From the NCBI RefSeq assembly GCF_009914755.1, contig NC_060932.1: a stretch of 64,000 bases of DNA. The stretch is one strand, 5' to 3'. Below, piece after piece: positions 16,512 through 30,134 of this stretch (positions are counted from its first letter, which is position 1; every line of letters begins with the position of its first letter). The DNA is from the human T2T-CHM13v2.0 reference genome, Homo sapiens. Made by a program: the position numbers and the translations under genes. The notes beneath the pieces are model-generated. The model saw only the letters and a program-made list of their open reading frames with translations. It made no database searches and had not been told where the DNA came from.

Positions 16512-19500
16512 TCAGCTTCCGGGTGTGACTGGAGCAGGGCTTGTCGTCTTCTTCAGGGTCACTCTGCAAGGGTTGTCTGGGCTTGGTCTTGCCTCCCAGG
16601 TTTCCGGCGCTGCAGGTTTTACACAGCTGTGGTGGTTCCAGACTGGGATTCCTTCTACCTTCACAGCGGTGGGAGTGCTCAGGACGACAGTCTGGGGTCC
16701 TTTCCACAGTGGACACAAAGAGGCTACTTTCCAGTCCTTGATCCACACTCGATCACCTGGGGAGAAAGGGTGAACTGGGGAGAATAAACTAACAGGGCAT
16801 CTCTCATTTACCCAGGCTGAGATTGTCTGTGTAATTTTTCCTAAAGCCTGTAGCTGTCGCTGTAACTCAATTTCACCTAACTCTCAGGGAGTGCCTGGAA
16901 GTCCCCGCAATATAGGAGGGGGCCTATGATATAATATTTCATAAGGGGAATATCCTGTTCTTTTAGAAGTGGTACATCTAATTTTAAATAATACCATAGG
17001 GAGAGCCTGTATCCATTTTAATCCTGTTTCCTGACATACTTTCCCTAAACTATTTTTGATAGTTCAATTCATTCGCTCCACCTTTCCAGAACTCTGAGGC
17101 CGGGAGGCAGCATGCAGTTTCCGTGTGATCCCCAATACCTTTGCCGCCTTCTGTACTAAGTCAGCCACAAACGCCGGCCCATTATCTGAACTGATCCATA
17201 AGGGCAGTCCAAATCTAGGAATAAGATCTCGAAGAAGCACACGAGTTACTTCATGAGCTTTCTCAGTTCGTGTTGGATAAGCTTCCACCTACCCAGGGTA
17301 GGTACGCCCAAGAACTAGTAAATACTTGTTACCTCTACACTTTGGCATCTCTGTGAAGTCCATCTGGAGCTCTTCAAAGGGGGCTGCTCCATAAGCTTGT
17401 ATGCCGGGTGGAACGGCTGGACCCTGCCTCGCATTATGCTGTCGGCAGGTAACACACCACTGCGTCACCGTTTCGGCAAGGGCTGACAAATGCGAGATGT
17501 AGAAATACCAGCCTAACAACTTTTCAAGTGATTCCTAACCTAGATGGGTGGTTTCACGCACAGCCAGTACAACTGCAGCTCCTAGCAGCTGTGGCACAGC
17601 TACTCTCCCATCTGGTAACCGAATTCATCCTTCCTCCATCACTTGTCCTCTCTCTGCCTGGAGAAAGTCCTTTTCTTCTTTAGAATAAGTAGGTACCAGA
17701 TCAGGTGCTTGAGGGAGCAGGGGGGTTGTGATTGATGCCCAGAAGGGGGCAGATGCTGCTTTTCGAGCCTCTAAGTCAGCGCAGGAATTCCCTAAACCCA
17801 CCAAGGTGGAAGCTCGCTTGTGTCCTCTGCAATGCATAACTGCCACCTTGTGGGGTCTCCATACGGCTTTTAATAATTGCAAGATTTATTGTTGATATTT
17901 TATGTCTTTTCCCCCAGAGTTCAATAAGCCCTTTTCTTTATATAATGTTCCCTGCATTTGAAGGGTTGAAAAGGCATATTGAGAGTGAGTGTAAATGTTG
18001 ACATTCTTAGCTTCACTGAGTTCTAAGGCCCGAATGAAAGCAATGAGTTCAGCTTTCTGAGCTGAAGTGCCCTGGGGAAACGATCTGGCTTCAGCAACAG
18101 TGTCCAGAGTTACCACCGCATAGCTTGCACATCTCTCTCCCTGTGGGTTGATGAAGCTGCTCCCAGCCACGTGTAGTTCCTAGTCTACTGATGCCTAAGG
18201 CTGTTCCTGGAGGTTAGGTCTGCTAGAGTAAACTGAGTCCAACACTTCTACACAGTCATGCTCGACAGGGCTCTCTGATACTGGGAGCAAGGTAGCGGGG
18301 TGTAGGGTGTTACAAACCTCAATGGTTATGCGGGGATTTTCACAGAGCAAACTTTGGTACCTAGTGAGTCTAGCATTCATTAGCCAATGATGTCCTTTAG
18401 TATTCATGAAAGTCACCACAGCATGGGGGGCCTTTACGTTCAGGTTTTGTCCAAGAGTCAGCTTATCTGCTTCTTGTACTAGCAGGGCAGTTGCTGCCAA
18501 GGCCCTCAAACAAGGGGCATCCTTTAGAAACCCCGTCTAGTTGTTTAGAGAGGTAGGCCACCGGCCTTGGCCAGGGCCCCACAGTTTGGGTTAAAACACC
18601 AACTGCCATCTTTTCTCTTTCTGACACATACAATGGAAAAGGCTTTATTAGATCGGGTAGCCCCAGGGCTGGGGCTGACATAAGTCTTTCCTTTAACTCA
18701 TGAAAGGCTTGCTGTTGCTGGCATCCCCATTCAGAAAGTTCCCGGTCCCCCCACTTTGTGACCTCATACAAAGGCTTGGCTAATACTGCAAAGTTTGGGA
18801 TTTACAGTCTGCAAAACCCCACAGCCCTTAAAAATGCTCTCACCTGCCTTCTGGTCTTAGGCTCCGGTAGATTGCAAATGACCTACTTTCTTTCTGATCC
18901 TAGGCTGCTCTCCCCCTGTCGGATAGTAAATCCTAAGTAACGTACCTGCTGTCGGCAGATCTGAGCTTTTTTCTTGGACACCTTATACCCACAGTCCTCC
19001 AGGTGCCGCAGTAGAGCATCTGTTCCCTTGGCGCACCCGACTGCCGTGGGGTGTCCCAGCAAAAGATCATCAACCTACTGGAGCAACACGCAGTCTAGGT
19101 CTCTGGTGGGAAACTTCTGGAGGTCTCGAGGCAATGTCTCCCCGAAGATAGTGGGGGAGTTCTTGAACCCTTGGGGAAGCCGGGTCCAAGTGTACTGAGT
19201 AGTGACACCTGACTCCGGATCTTCCCACTGAAAGGCAAACAGCTTCTGGCTCTCAGGGGCTAATCTGATGCTAAAGAAAGCATCTTTCAGGTCCAAGCAG
19301 GTGAAGCAGCTGTCCTCAGCTGGCAGCAACCCCAGCAATGTGTACGGGTTAGGTACTGCTGGATGTAAAGTCACTGTAGCCTGATGAAGCAAGCGCAAAT
19401 CCTGTACCGGCCTGTAGTCCTTGGTCCTAGGCTTGGGAACAGGCAGGAGGGGAGTGTTCCATGGAGACTGACAAGGAACTCTAATTCCAAAAGTTCTTAG

Positions 19501-20099
19501 GTGCTTGAGATGGACCTGGATACCTTCAAGAGCTTCTCTGGGGACCGGCTCCTGTTTTTGCCTAAATGGCTGGGCCCTAGGCTTAACTTCTATAAGTACG
19601 GGGGCTTGGTTGACTGCCAACCCTGGAGGGTTGTCTTCCACCCGTACTCTTGGCCACCGCTTAGCCAGAGCTGGTCTTATCTCTTGGCCCGACTCAGTTA
19701 AGAAAAGTCTCCATTCCTCCTCTCGGGGGACGGTAAGGGTCATAATGACTCCCGTTCCGGGTAACTTTAGCAGCGAAGAGCCATGCTCTGTAAAAGAGAT
19801 AGTGGCTCTCTGTTTGCTAAGCAAGTCCCTTCCCAATAAGGGCAAGGGACAGTCAGGCGTGGACAAAAACTGATGAATCACTTTATGTCCTCCTACAGTA
19901 CAAGTCCAGGGCAAGCAGAAACTTGCTTTGCTGAAACCCCTGTGGCTCCGATGATGTCAATAATCTTTTTGTATAAGGGGGCGACCGGGGCGGTTACTAC
20001 CTAATGTTTAGCACCAGTATCTACAAGAAAATCAATGTCTTTACCCCTAACTGTCATCCTGAACATAGGCTCTTTCGGGGTCCTTGAGCCCGGTCCCCC
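16512..20099 (-). pseudogene. pol: HERV-E pro-pol, disrupted
   Basis: Protease DFLVDTGA (~20010-20033), RT LPQGFKNSPTIF with YVDD changed to *VDD (TAG at 19075-19077), RNase H SAQKAELIA, integrase DFTE / SDNGPAF / PQSSGKVE. Confidence 0.93.
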
Positions 20100-21706
20100 T
20101 CAGTCCAATAACCCTTCTGCCAGGTTGAGCAGGGCCCCTTACTCCTTGTCTGGAGCCTCTTGCTCCGAGTCACCTTGTTTTCTTTTTAGCTGAGGGCATT
20201 TGCTCTTCCAATGTCCTATTTCTTTACAATAAACACACTGATTACGCTGCAACCTTTGACAGCCAGGCTGAGTTTCTTTCCCGGGGCCCCCCTTCCCTTG
20301 CCTCTTTTGGGGGACCCCTCTGTTTGCTGCCGCTAACAGGTCGGCGTTTCGCTGGGCCTGACGTTCCTTCTCTCTGCAGTTTTCCTTATGGCTTACTGCA
20401 TCCCTGTTTACAAACACCTGGTTAGCTACTTCTAATAACTGTGATGTGTTCATCCCTGCAAACCCAGCCTGTTTCTGCAGTTTTCTTCTAATGTCTTCTG
20501 CGCTTTGACTAACTAAAGCCATGTTAATCATGCATTGATTTTCAGGGCTATCGGGATCAAAGGGTGTATACATACCATAGGCATCACACAGTCTCTCCTA
20601 GAATTGTGCTGGACTTTCTTCTTTTCTCTGAATGACCTCAGAGACCTTGTTAACATTTGTGGCCTCCTGGGCTCCCCTCTTTAATCCTTCCAAGGGAGCT
20701 TCCCTGTATCGGTTTAGCCTTTGCATATCCTCTCTTTCATTTGGGTCCTTCTGGGGGTCGGTTCCAGTAACTGGGTCCTTACATACTCTTGGGGGTTTTG
20801 GTAATCAGCCCGTGCATGTTCCTCTAGCCACTTAGTTGCTGCTTCTAGCACTCTCCATTTTTCATCTGTGTTAAAGAGGAACATGTGCAGCTGGTGACAA
20901 TCAGTCCAAGTGGGGTTGTGGGTCTGGATATTAGTTTGGAGCAAATCAATTAGAGCTTGTGGCTTTTTGGTATAGGATGGGGTACTATTTTTCCAGTTGA
21001 GAAGGTGGGCAGAGGTGAAGGGCTGGTACACAGAAACACGCCTCCCCACCACATGACCATCCTCATCTATCCCTGTATACCGCTGCTCTCTCAGGAGCAT
21101 TTGGATCCCCGTTTTGGGTCTTAAACGAGCTGCCAAGGGAGGGGTTCCTCCCGAGTCCTCACCTCTTCTTTTGTATACTCTGGGTTGCCTAGGGATATGT
21201 TTGTCTTGTGGAGGCCCAAGCACTGTGGACTCAAAAGTGGGGAGCCTTTCTCCCTGGTAAGGGGAGGGCACCACTGGGATCACTGGTGCCATCTCCTGCA
21301 ATGCATGTTCTGCTGTTGGGTTGAACAGATCTTCAGGTGTTGATTTCCCTCGGCGGGTGGAGCGCGATCCTTCCTTGGCTATCTGTCCCTACGCTACTAG
21401 CACTGCTGCTGCCTGCCCTCTTAGCCACTGTGGGGGGTTTAGCATCAGCTGTAACCAAGTGTCTATGTATGGAAACTGGTCTGAGTGTCCTGACTTACCA
21501 ATTACCTTGTGCCATACCTTAGAAACAAGGGACCTGCCCAGGCTTCCTTCTGATGGCCAACCCACTTCTAAAGCTGGGCAATCTATTTCACACAAAGTTC
21601 TAAATTTCCCTGGTGTCGTAGTAACCCTATAGTCTCCATTAAATCCTTTCTTAAAATTTTTCATCATAGTTCCTAGCAGAGTAGGCTTACTTTGTGTCTG
21701 ACCCAC
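20100..21706 (-). pseudogene. gag: HERV-E gag, disrupted
   Basis: Expected start reads GTG-GGT-CAG (MGQTQSK-like). PSPY late-domain-like motif, capsid YTPFDP and zinc knuckle CVYCKEIGHWKSKC, with frameshifts. Confidence 0.92.
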
Positions 21707-22230
21707 GTTTCCTCGAGACAAAACACCAAGCTCACACCACACGCACACCACAGAACAAAGAATGAGTAAAAAGGGCACACACACACTTTTTCAGTTTTCA
21801 CCAAACCAGAATCAAAACCAAAATCGGAGTATCCAGAAATCCAAGCCAGGTCAAACCAAAACCAAAGTATCAAGCAATTCAATTCAAGTCAAAAACAAAA
21901 ACCAAAGTGCCAGTACAGGCACGCCGTGGGTGATCAGGCCACACTTCCACTCAAATAGAGTGGGCAAGTTCCAAAGACCAGTCTTACCAAGTTTCAAATG
22001 TCCAGACTCCAAGTGCCTGTTCCTTCCCGGTGTTCACCCACTATGTTGATCCTCCACCGGGGCCTACCACACACTGCTCTGACGAGGCATTCCACCGGGT
22101 CAATTGCCTACCCAGGAGAGCTCTCAGGATCCGCGTCGCTCAAACTGGCAGGAGTCCCCCGCAGGGATGCTCCACAGGGCAGGCCTAAGCCGCCTAAAGG
22201 GCTGCATCAACTGTCCGTCAATTACCTCGC

Positions 22231-22248
22231 TTCCCGGTCAGGGAACCA
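22231..22248 (-). promoter_or_regulatory. Primer-binding site, tRNA-Glu
   Basis: Reverse complement TGGTTCCCTGACCGGGAA. Confidence 0.93.
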
Positions 22249-22251
22249 AGA

Positions 22252-24500
22252 CTAGGGTGGGGGCAGTCTTTAAAGCTGTCTTCAAGGAACAGAAAGAGGA
22301 GTGGGGAAAGGATTTAGGATCTATGGGGTCAGCTAGGTTTCCTTTTGTGAGTTTATATAATGGTTTTGTTAGGATGGCAAAACCAGATATCTAAAGGTGA
22401 AAGTGTCCAACCATGCCCAGGAAGGAAAGGAGTTGTTGTTTTGTAGAAGGGGTTGGGGTTTGAGAGATGAGTCACACACGATCGGCAGAGAGAGCACGTG
22501 TGTTTTTATGAGAATTATGCTGAGATAGGTAACAGATAAGGGAGAAATTTGGGCTTGACTGAAGTAATGGGGGCTGTCTGTGAAGCTTTGCGACAGTACA
22601 GCCCAGGTAATTTGCTGAGCTTGATGGGTGTCAGGGTCAGTCCAAGTGAAAGCGAAGAGTGACTGGGATGAAGGGTGCAAAGGAATAGTAAAGAAAACAT
22701 GTTTGAGATTCAGAACAGAATAATGGGTTGTGGAGGGAGGAACTGAGGATAGGAGAGTATATGTGTTTGGCACCTTGGGGTGGATAGGCAAAACAATTTG
22801 GTTGATAAGGCACAGATCTTGAACTAACTTGTAAGGCTTGTCTGGTTTTAGGACAGGTAAAATGGGGGAATTGTAAGGAGAGTTTATAGGCTTTAAAAGG
22901 CCATGCTGTAGCAGGTGAGTGATAACAGGCTTTAATCCTTTCAAAGCATGCTGTGGGATGGGATATTGGCATTGAGAGGGGTAAGAGTGATTAGGTTTTA
23001 ATGAGATGGTAAGGGGTGCATGATAGGTTGCCAAGGAGGGAATAGAGGTATCTTCTACTTGTGGGTTAAGGTGGGTGGCAATGAGGAGTGGCTGTAGTCC
23101 AGGAATAGTCAGGGAAGCAGATAATTTAGTTAAAGTGTCTCAGCCTAATAAGGGAGCTGGGCAGGTGGGGATAACTAAAAAGGAGTGCTTAAAAGAGTAT
23201 TGTCTAAGTTGGCGCCAGAGTTGGGGAGTTTTAAGAGGTTTAGAAGCCTGGCTGTCAATACTCACAACAGTTATGGAGACAAGGGAAACAGGCCCTTGAA
23301 AAGAAGGTAATGTGGAGTGGTTAGCCTCCGTATTGATTAAGAAGGGGATGGACTTATCCTCCACTGTGAGAGTTACCTAGAGCGTCTGTGATGGTCCTGT
23401 AGGCTTCCGAGGTGATCTATCAGGCAGTGTCAGTCTTCAGCTGCTAAGCCAAGAAGATCTGGGAAGGAATCAGTCAGAGAGCCTTGGGCTGGAGTTCCAG
23501 GGGCTCTAGGAGTGGCTGCCAGGTGAGTTGAACAGTCCGATTTCTAGTTGGGTCTCGCACAGATGGGACATGGCTCAGGAGGAATCCCGGGCTGCAGGCA
23601 TTCCTTGGTCTGGTGGCCAGATTTCTGGCACTTGTAGCAAGCTCCTGGGGTAGGTGGTTCTGGAGGAATGCCTGGCCACTGCGCTTTAGGCATTTGGAAG
23701 TTCTTGTGTGCTGGAGATTTGGCTGGGCTTTGTCTCACAGTGGAGGCAAGGAATTGCAACTGAGAAATATGTTGCTGCTAGGCTGCCTCTACTCCATTAT
23801 TGTACACCTTGAAGTTGAGGTTAATTAAGTCCTGTTGTGGGGTTTGAGGGCCGGAATTTAATTTTGGAGTTTTATTTAATGTCGGGAGCAGATTGGGTAA
23901 TAAAATGTATATTGAGAATAAGACGGCCTTTTGACGTTTTAGGGTCTAGGGCTGTAAAGCATCTCAGGGTTGCTGCCAAACGAGCCATGAACTGGGCTGG
24001 ATTTTTATATTTGATGAAAAAGAGGCTAAATGCTATCTGATTTGGGATAAAGAAAAAGGAGCATTAACCTTGACTATGTCTTTAGCTCCAGGCACCTGTT
24101 TAAGAGTAAATTGCTGGGCAGGTGGGGGAGGGCTAGTCACGGAATTAAACTGTAAGCCAGACCCAGTGTGAGGAGGGGAGGTGATAAAAGGATTATAGGG
24201 TGGAGAAGTGGAGGCTGAGGAAGAATTGGGACCTAGCTCAGGCTGGCCAGGATGGGAGAGGTCAGATGGGTCTGTAGAAAAGGAAGATTAGAAAGACTCA
24301 GCGACACTTGGGGTTGGGACTGAGGAGACAGGTGGGAGGGAAAGGAGGAAGATTTCGGATGAGTTGCACTGGGAACAGAGACTAGGGAGGGACCAATGTG
24401 TAAAAGAATGCCTGGACATCAGGCATCTCAGATCATTTGCCCATCTTATGACAAGAAGTATCTAGATCTTGTAGGATGGAAAAATTGAAAGTGCCATTCT
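22252..24500 (-). pseudogene. HERV-H gag-pro-RT remnants
   Basis: ORFs 22369-23034 (RT N-terminus), 23140-23364 (protease) and 23544-23759 (NC zinc knuckle). Confidence 0.88.
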
Positions 24501-24769
24501 CTGGCTATTTGGAACAACTGCTGAGTTTGTATTGGGGTCAAGTAGCATTGTAGAAGAAAATAAGGCATTTAGGTTTTAGGTCAGGTGTGAGTTGAAGAGG
24601 TTTTAGGTTTTGAAGAACACAGGGTAAGGGAGAAGAAAGGGGAATGGAAGGCGGAAGCTTGCCCATAGTGAAGGAGGCAAGCCTAGAGAAAAGAGAGAGT
24701 AGAGACATGGAGAGAAGGGGTGGGGGGTTCTTGCCTTCCAGAATAGAGGGAAAGGGTTGGGGGCACAGA

Positions 24770-25000
24770 AATAAAGGGTTGGGGTGCAGAGATAAGAGGT
24801 CAGGTTGTGGAAATAAGGGATCGGGACACAGAGATGAGGTCAGGGCATGGAAATAAGGGATCGGGGTGCAGAGATAAGAGGTCGGGGTTCCTGTCCCTCC
24901 CCCAGAAAAGTGGGACATGCTGCTAAGGGTGAAGGAGAAGGGGTTGAGGGGTTCTTGTCCCTCCCCCAGAAAAGCAGGTCTTGCTGCTAAGGGTGAAGGA
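24770..25000. repeat. HERV-H leader tandem repeats (~23-bp degenerate units plus a ~55-bp duplicated block)
   Basis: Recurring GAAATAAGGGATCGGG / GAGATAAGAGGTC units, and two copies of GGGGTTCyTGTCCCTCCCCCAGAAAAG...GCTGCTAAGGGTGAAGGA. Confidence 0.8.
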
Positions 25001-25417
25001 ACAAGGCAGGCATCCCTGCATGGTCTGACACCTCTGAAACCTCGGTGAATAATCAGAGAGGTGTCCCTGCAATGATTAAACACCAAGGAAAGGCTGCCTT
25101 CCCTAGTCCGTGACTGGTGCCAGAGTTTTGGGTCCACAGATAAAACGTGTCCCCTTTGTCTCTACCAGAAAATGAAAGGAATTGAAATTAAGAGAAGGGA
25201 GAGATTGAAGTGTGGTGCCAAGATTGGGAGGAGAAAGAGGTGGAGGGATAGTGAGGGAGGTTGGAGAAGAGAGTAAAAAGAAGCCGCTTACCAGATTTGA
25301 AATTGGTGAGATGTTTCTTGGGCTGGTCAGTCTGAGAACCTGAAGTCATAGGTGGATCTTTCTCACAGAGCAAAGAGCAGGAGGACAGGGGATTGATCTC
25401 CTAAGGGAAGTCCCTCG

Positions 25418-25435
25418 ATCCCAGTCACGGCACCA
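25418..25435 (-). promoter_or_regulatory. Primer-binding site, tRNA-His
   Basis: Reverse complement TGGTGCCGTGACTGGGAT, one mismatch from the canonical TGGTGCCGTGACTCGGAT. Confidence 0.93.
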
Positions 25436-25437
25436 AA

Positions 25438-25791
25438 TTTCACATGCATCCATGTGAAGAGACCACCAAACAGGCTTTGTGTGAGCAGTAAAGCTGTTTA
25501 TTTCACCTGGGTACAGGTGGGCTGAGTCCAAAAAGAGAGTCAGTGAAGGGAGATAGGGGTGGGGCAATTTTATAGGATTTGGGTAGGTAAAGGAAAAAGG
25601 GAGGTTGTTCTCTGGCAGGCAGGAGTGGGGGCCACAAGGTGCTCAGTAGGGGAGCTTTGGAGCCAGGATGAGCAAGGAGAGGGAATTTCACAAGATAATG
25701 CCATCAGTTAAGGCAGGAACCGGCCATCTGGATATGTACATGCAGGTCACAGGAGATAATGATGGCTTAGCTTGGGCTCAGAGGACTGACA
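25438..25791 (-). promoter_or_regulatory. HERV-H 5' LTR (LTR7), candidate promoter
   Basis: Reverse complement starts TGTCAGTCCTCTGAGCCCAAGCTAAGCC, has the TATA-like CCTATAAAA and is directly followed by the PBS. A splice donor CTG|GTAAG lies at 25291. Confidence 0.93.
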
Positions 25792-26376
<585 letters not shown>

Positions 26377-27084
26377 CTCGTGCTGTTGGTTAGACTTTGC
26401 TGACCTTGTGTCTGTTATTCCCTGGCAGTTCTACAAGGCCTGGAGCTGATAGGAAAAACCTCCCTTCTTTCCCAAATGGTCCCCAGCTGCCCCGTTCACT
26501 GAAGGCCCTGCAGTCAGGAACGGTCAGGACTTCACACCCAGTTGTTGTGGGTGTTTGGCCGACACGACACTTCCTCTTGTGTGATTCATGGACCCGCAGC
26601 ATTGCGTCACCTGGGAGCTTTTGGTATTGAAGACTCTCAGGGCTCACCCGGAAGGACCTGCTGGGCCAGAATCTACATTTTAACAAGATGCCCAGGTGAT
26701 TTGCATACACGTTCAGATCTGAGAAGCGCTAGTAGGTGAGGCTTTAAGGTGGTAATTAGATCTTTTCTCCACCTGCAAGAATCTTAGTTTCTTCATGTTA
26801 AATCTATTAACTGTGGCAATGGCATGGGGGGTTATAAAACAAAACAAAATCCTTACATCAAGAATGCACCCTGGTGTGTTATGGATGTGGGTGAAATGAA
26901 ATGTCTGGAATTTGCTTTAAAATATCCTAAAATAGCAAGAAGGAAAAGAAAAGTGGGAACTGGAATGAGATTGGCGAAATGTTGACAAGTTCTTGCAGTG
27001 GGATGATGGGTGCATGGGGGTTCATGGTGTAATTCTCTCCCTGATTTTTGTGCATATGGGAAATTTCCATAATGAAAAGTTAGA

Positions 27085-27996
<912 letters not shown>

Positions 27997-28394
27997 CTCA
28001 ACTGTTTTTCATGACTCCACTTTTTCTCTCCTCTTGGAAATGTGTAGTCTTTGAGGGAATGTCATTTTGTCTCAATCTCTGGTTTCTTTGCTCAGTGCAC
28101 CTGTGTTTGGGGCTTTGTTGATCTCCAGGCCTTTTTCAGCAGCGTTGTCCCTGGAGAGCAGGATGGGAGCTGATGGCTTCTCAGCATCTTTTAACTCAGT
28201 TTAAAGATGACTATCAACAACATCTAGTCAGCATCTGTTGCTCTAGGCAACTGGGACTTCATTTCCTTTCTCTTTCTCCACCTCTCTAACCTCTTTAAGA
28301 CTCTGTCTTTGTCATGGGTACAGCATCACCTGTGTGGCCCTTAGGCTCCCTTACTTACATGTGATCTGCATATTATGTCTTTACTTCAGGGCTT

Positions 28395-28610
28395 TTCAGC
28401 CAGGGGGTGATTTTGCCCCCCAGAGAACACGTGGCCATGTCTGGAGACAATTTTGGTGGTTGCGGCTGGAGGAGGTGGTGCTACTGGCAGCTAATGGGTA
28501 GAGGCCAGCGATGCTGCTAAGCATCCTACAATGCCCCGGACAACTCCCACTAAGACAAAAGAATGATCCAGCCCCAAATGTCAATAGTGCTGAAAGTGAG
28601 AGACCCTGAT
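28395..28610. mobile_element. MER20 DNA transposon remnant
   Basis: GGGGGTGATTTTGCCCCCCAG...CCAGCCCCAAATGTCAATAGTGCTGA. Confidence 0.8.
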
Positions 28611-28780
28611 TCCATCTTAGAGATCATCCAAGCACACTTGGCCAAATTGTTTTTGCTACTGTCCCATGAAGAAAAGGCAGACTCATTACCGATGGCAACA
28701 TCGATGGGAGTTTTGCTTAGCTCTTCTTTGTGGACTTTGGGATACGGTGTCTTACCATTTGTGCAAGTTGTGCATTGCTT

Positions 28781-28799
28781 ACCTCCAGGGGGCGCCACC
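28781..28799 (+). promoter_or_regulatory. Candidate CTCF site
   Basis: CCTCCAGGGGGCGCCA closely matches the CCASYAGRKGGCRS core, retains its CpG and lies in apparently non-repetitive DNA. Confidence 0.6.
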
Positions 28800-30134
28800 C
28801 ACATATTTATGAAAATGCCACCCCGGGAGTTGCACAGTATATAGTCTATATGGAAATAAGCAGTTGCTCTGGTTTTGGGGTTATCCTGGGGTGCTCTGGA
28901 ACTGGGAGGAACTTTATTTCTGGCCATTAGAGGCCCTGAGCATGATATTGAGTATCCTTTCAAGAAAGGAGAAATGTTGAACAGAGAGGACCTCATTTTT
29001 ATAACTCTTGACCATCATCTAGTTACGGAGCATCCACTTTTCACCCCTGGGCCATAACCATTTGACGCATGAAAAATCATCAAATTATAATATCATGGCT
29101 TATACTTTTGATAGCTTCTGCCCGGAACATGGCGGTAAGAGCTTCTCATTTTCAATTGATTCATTGGGGGAGAAAATATACACGGCTGTCCTAAGACTTT
29201 CTATGACACACAATTTGCTTGACGGGATTTCTTTAGTTTCTGCAGCATAACTTATTCTAACTGGTCCTCAATCACTTTGCAATAAAACCTGAGATTGTGA
29301 AGATGTTCATTGTCATTACCAGTGACGGAGCAGTAAGTACAGAGTTCTGGAGAGGGAAGGAATCGAGAGAGTTAAACTAGCAGAATGAGCCGCTCACCCT
29401 CAGAATTGCTTTTAGTCTTGGTGAGAACTGAGGGGAATTTTGACAGGGTTCAGGGGGACTGCGGGGAGTGGGGCTGGGAGGTGGCTGTTTGCACATGTGG
29501 TCAGCAAATCCAGTGAGGCGGTCCATGTACTGTGGGCAGCCCCATAGATGGAGTTGGGATTGCCCTGGACTGAGTACTGTGTCATCAGTACTCAAGACAT
29601 CAAGGCCCAGGCTGGTGCAGGAGACACATTGCACTGTGTCAGCCTTTCTTCTATCGCTCCTCTCCAATGATAGTTCCTGATTTTCCGCTGAGGAGTCACT
29701 AGTCCCCAACGGCATGTGTGCCACTGGCCATTCCCCACCCTGATCTGGATCTGGGGCATGTGGTCCCAGCCTGGATGCCAGTGTCCTTCCACCACCCTGG
29801 CCACAGTGATTGGGTCTGAGAAGCAGATTAGCCAAAGGAGAGACAATCTTGGAAATTTCATTTTCATGCTTAAGAAAGTAAAATGGAAAGCGCGGGGAGG
29901 GTGAGGGGTCATTCTGATGATATAGTTTTAGGACCTGGATGTAGCCACACCTGTAGCTGTCACCTCTGTGCTATAGTACTGCTTTTTTTTTTCCTTCAAA
30001 TTTAAATACTTTCTAAAGGCAAGGTCTTGCTATGTTGCTTAGGCTGGTTTTGAAAACTCCCTTTTGGGGGGATGCTTTCACTGCTTCACTTCCTTTCTAT
30101 GAGAGCTCACGGAATCAGAAGACAAAGGAGATGA

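Larger units (their letters stand above)
13928..22251 (-). mobile_element. HERV-E / Harlequin-type provirus lacking its 5' LTR
   Basis: Glu PBS, gag, pro-pol, env, PPT (TCAAAGGGGGAAAA) and a single LTR2-type LTR. CTAG at both junctions (13924-13927 and 22252-22255). Confidence 0.93.

Noticed and set aside
19075-19914. 279-aa ORF, the longest in the window, as an active reverse transcriptase
   Set aside because: It ends at a TAG replacing the Tyr of YVDD, lacks an ATG start and is flanked by frameshifts.
24770-25000. Spaced repeats as a CRISPR-like array
   Set aside because: These are degenerate tandem units of the HERV-H leader with no unique spacers or cas genes, in eukaryotic DNA.
22231-25435. 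tRNA-like 18-mers as tRNA genes
   Set aside because: They are retroviral primer-binding sites with no cloverleaf or A/B boxes.
28550-29912. Overlapping ORFs in semi-unique DNA as further ENPP7P exons or a new gene
   Set aside because: No resemblance to ENPP7 exon 2 or other proteins I recognise, and the region is partly MER20 and MLT1-like.
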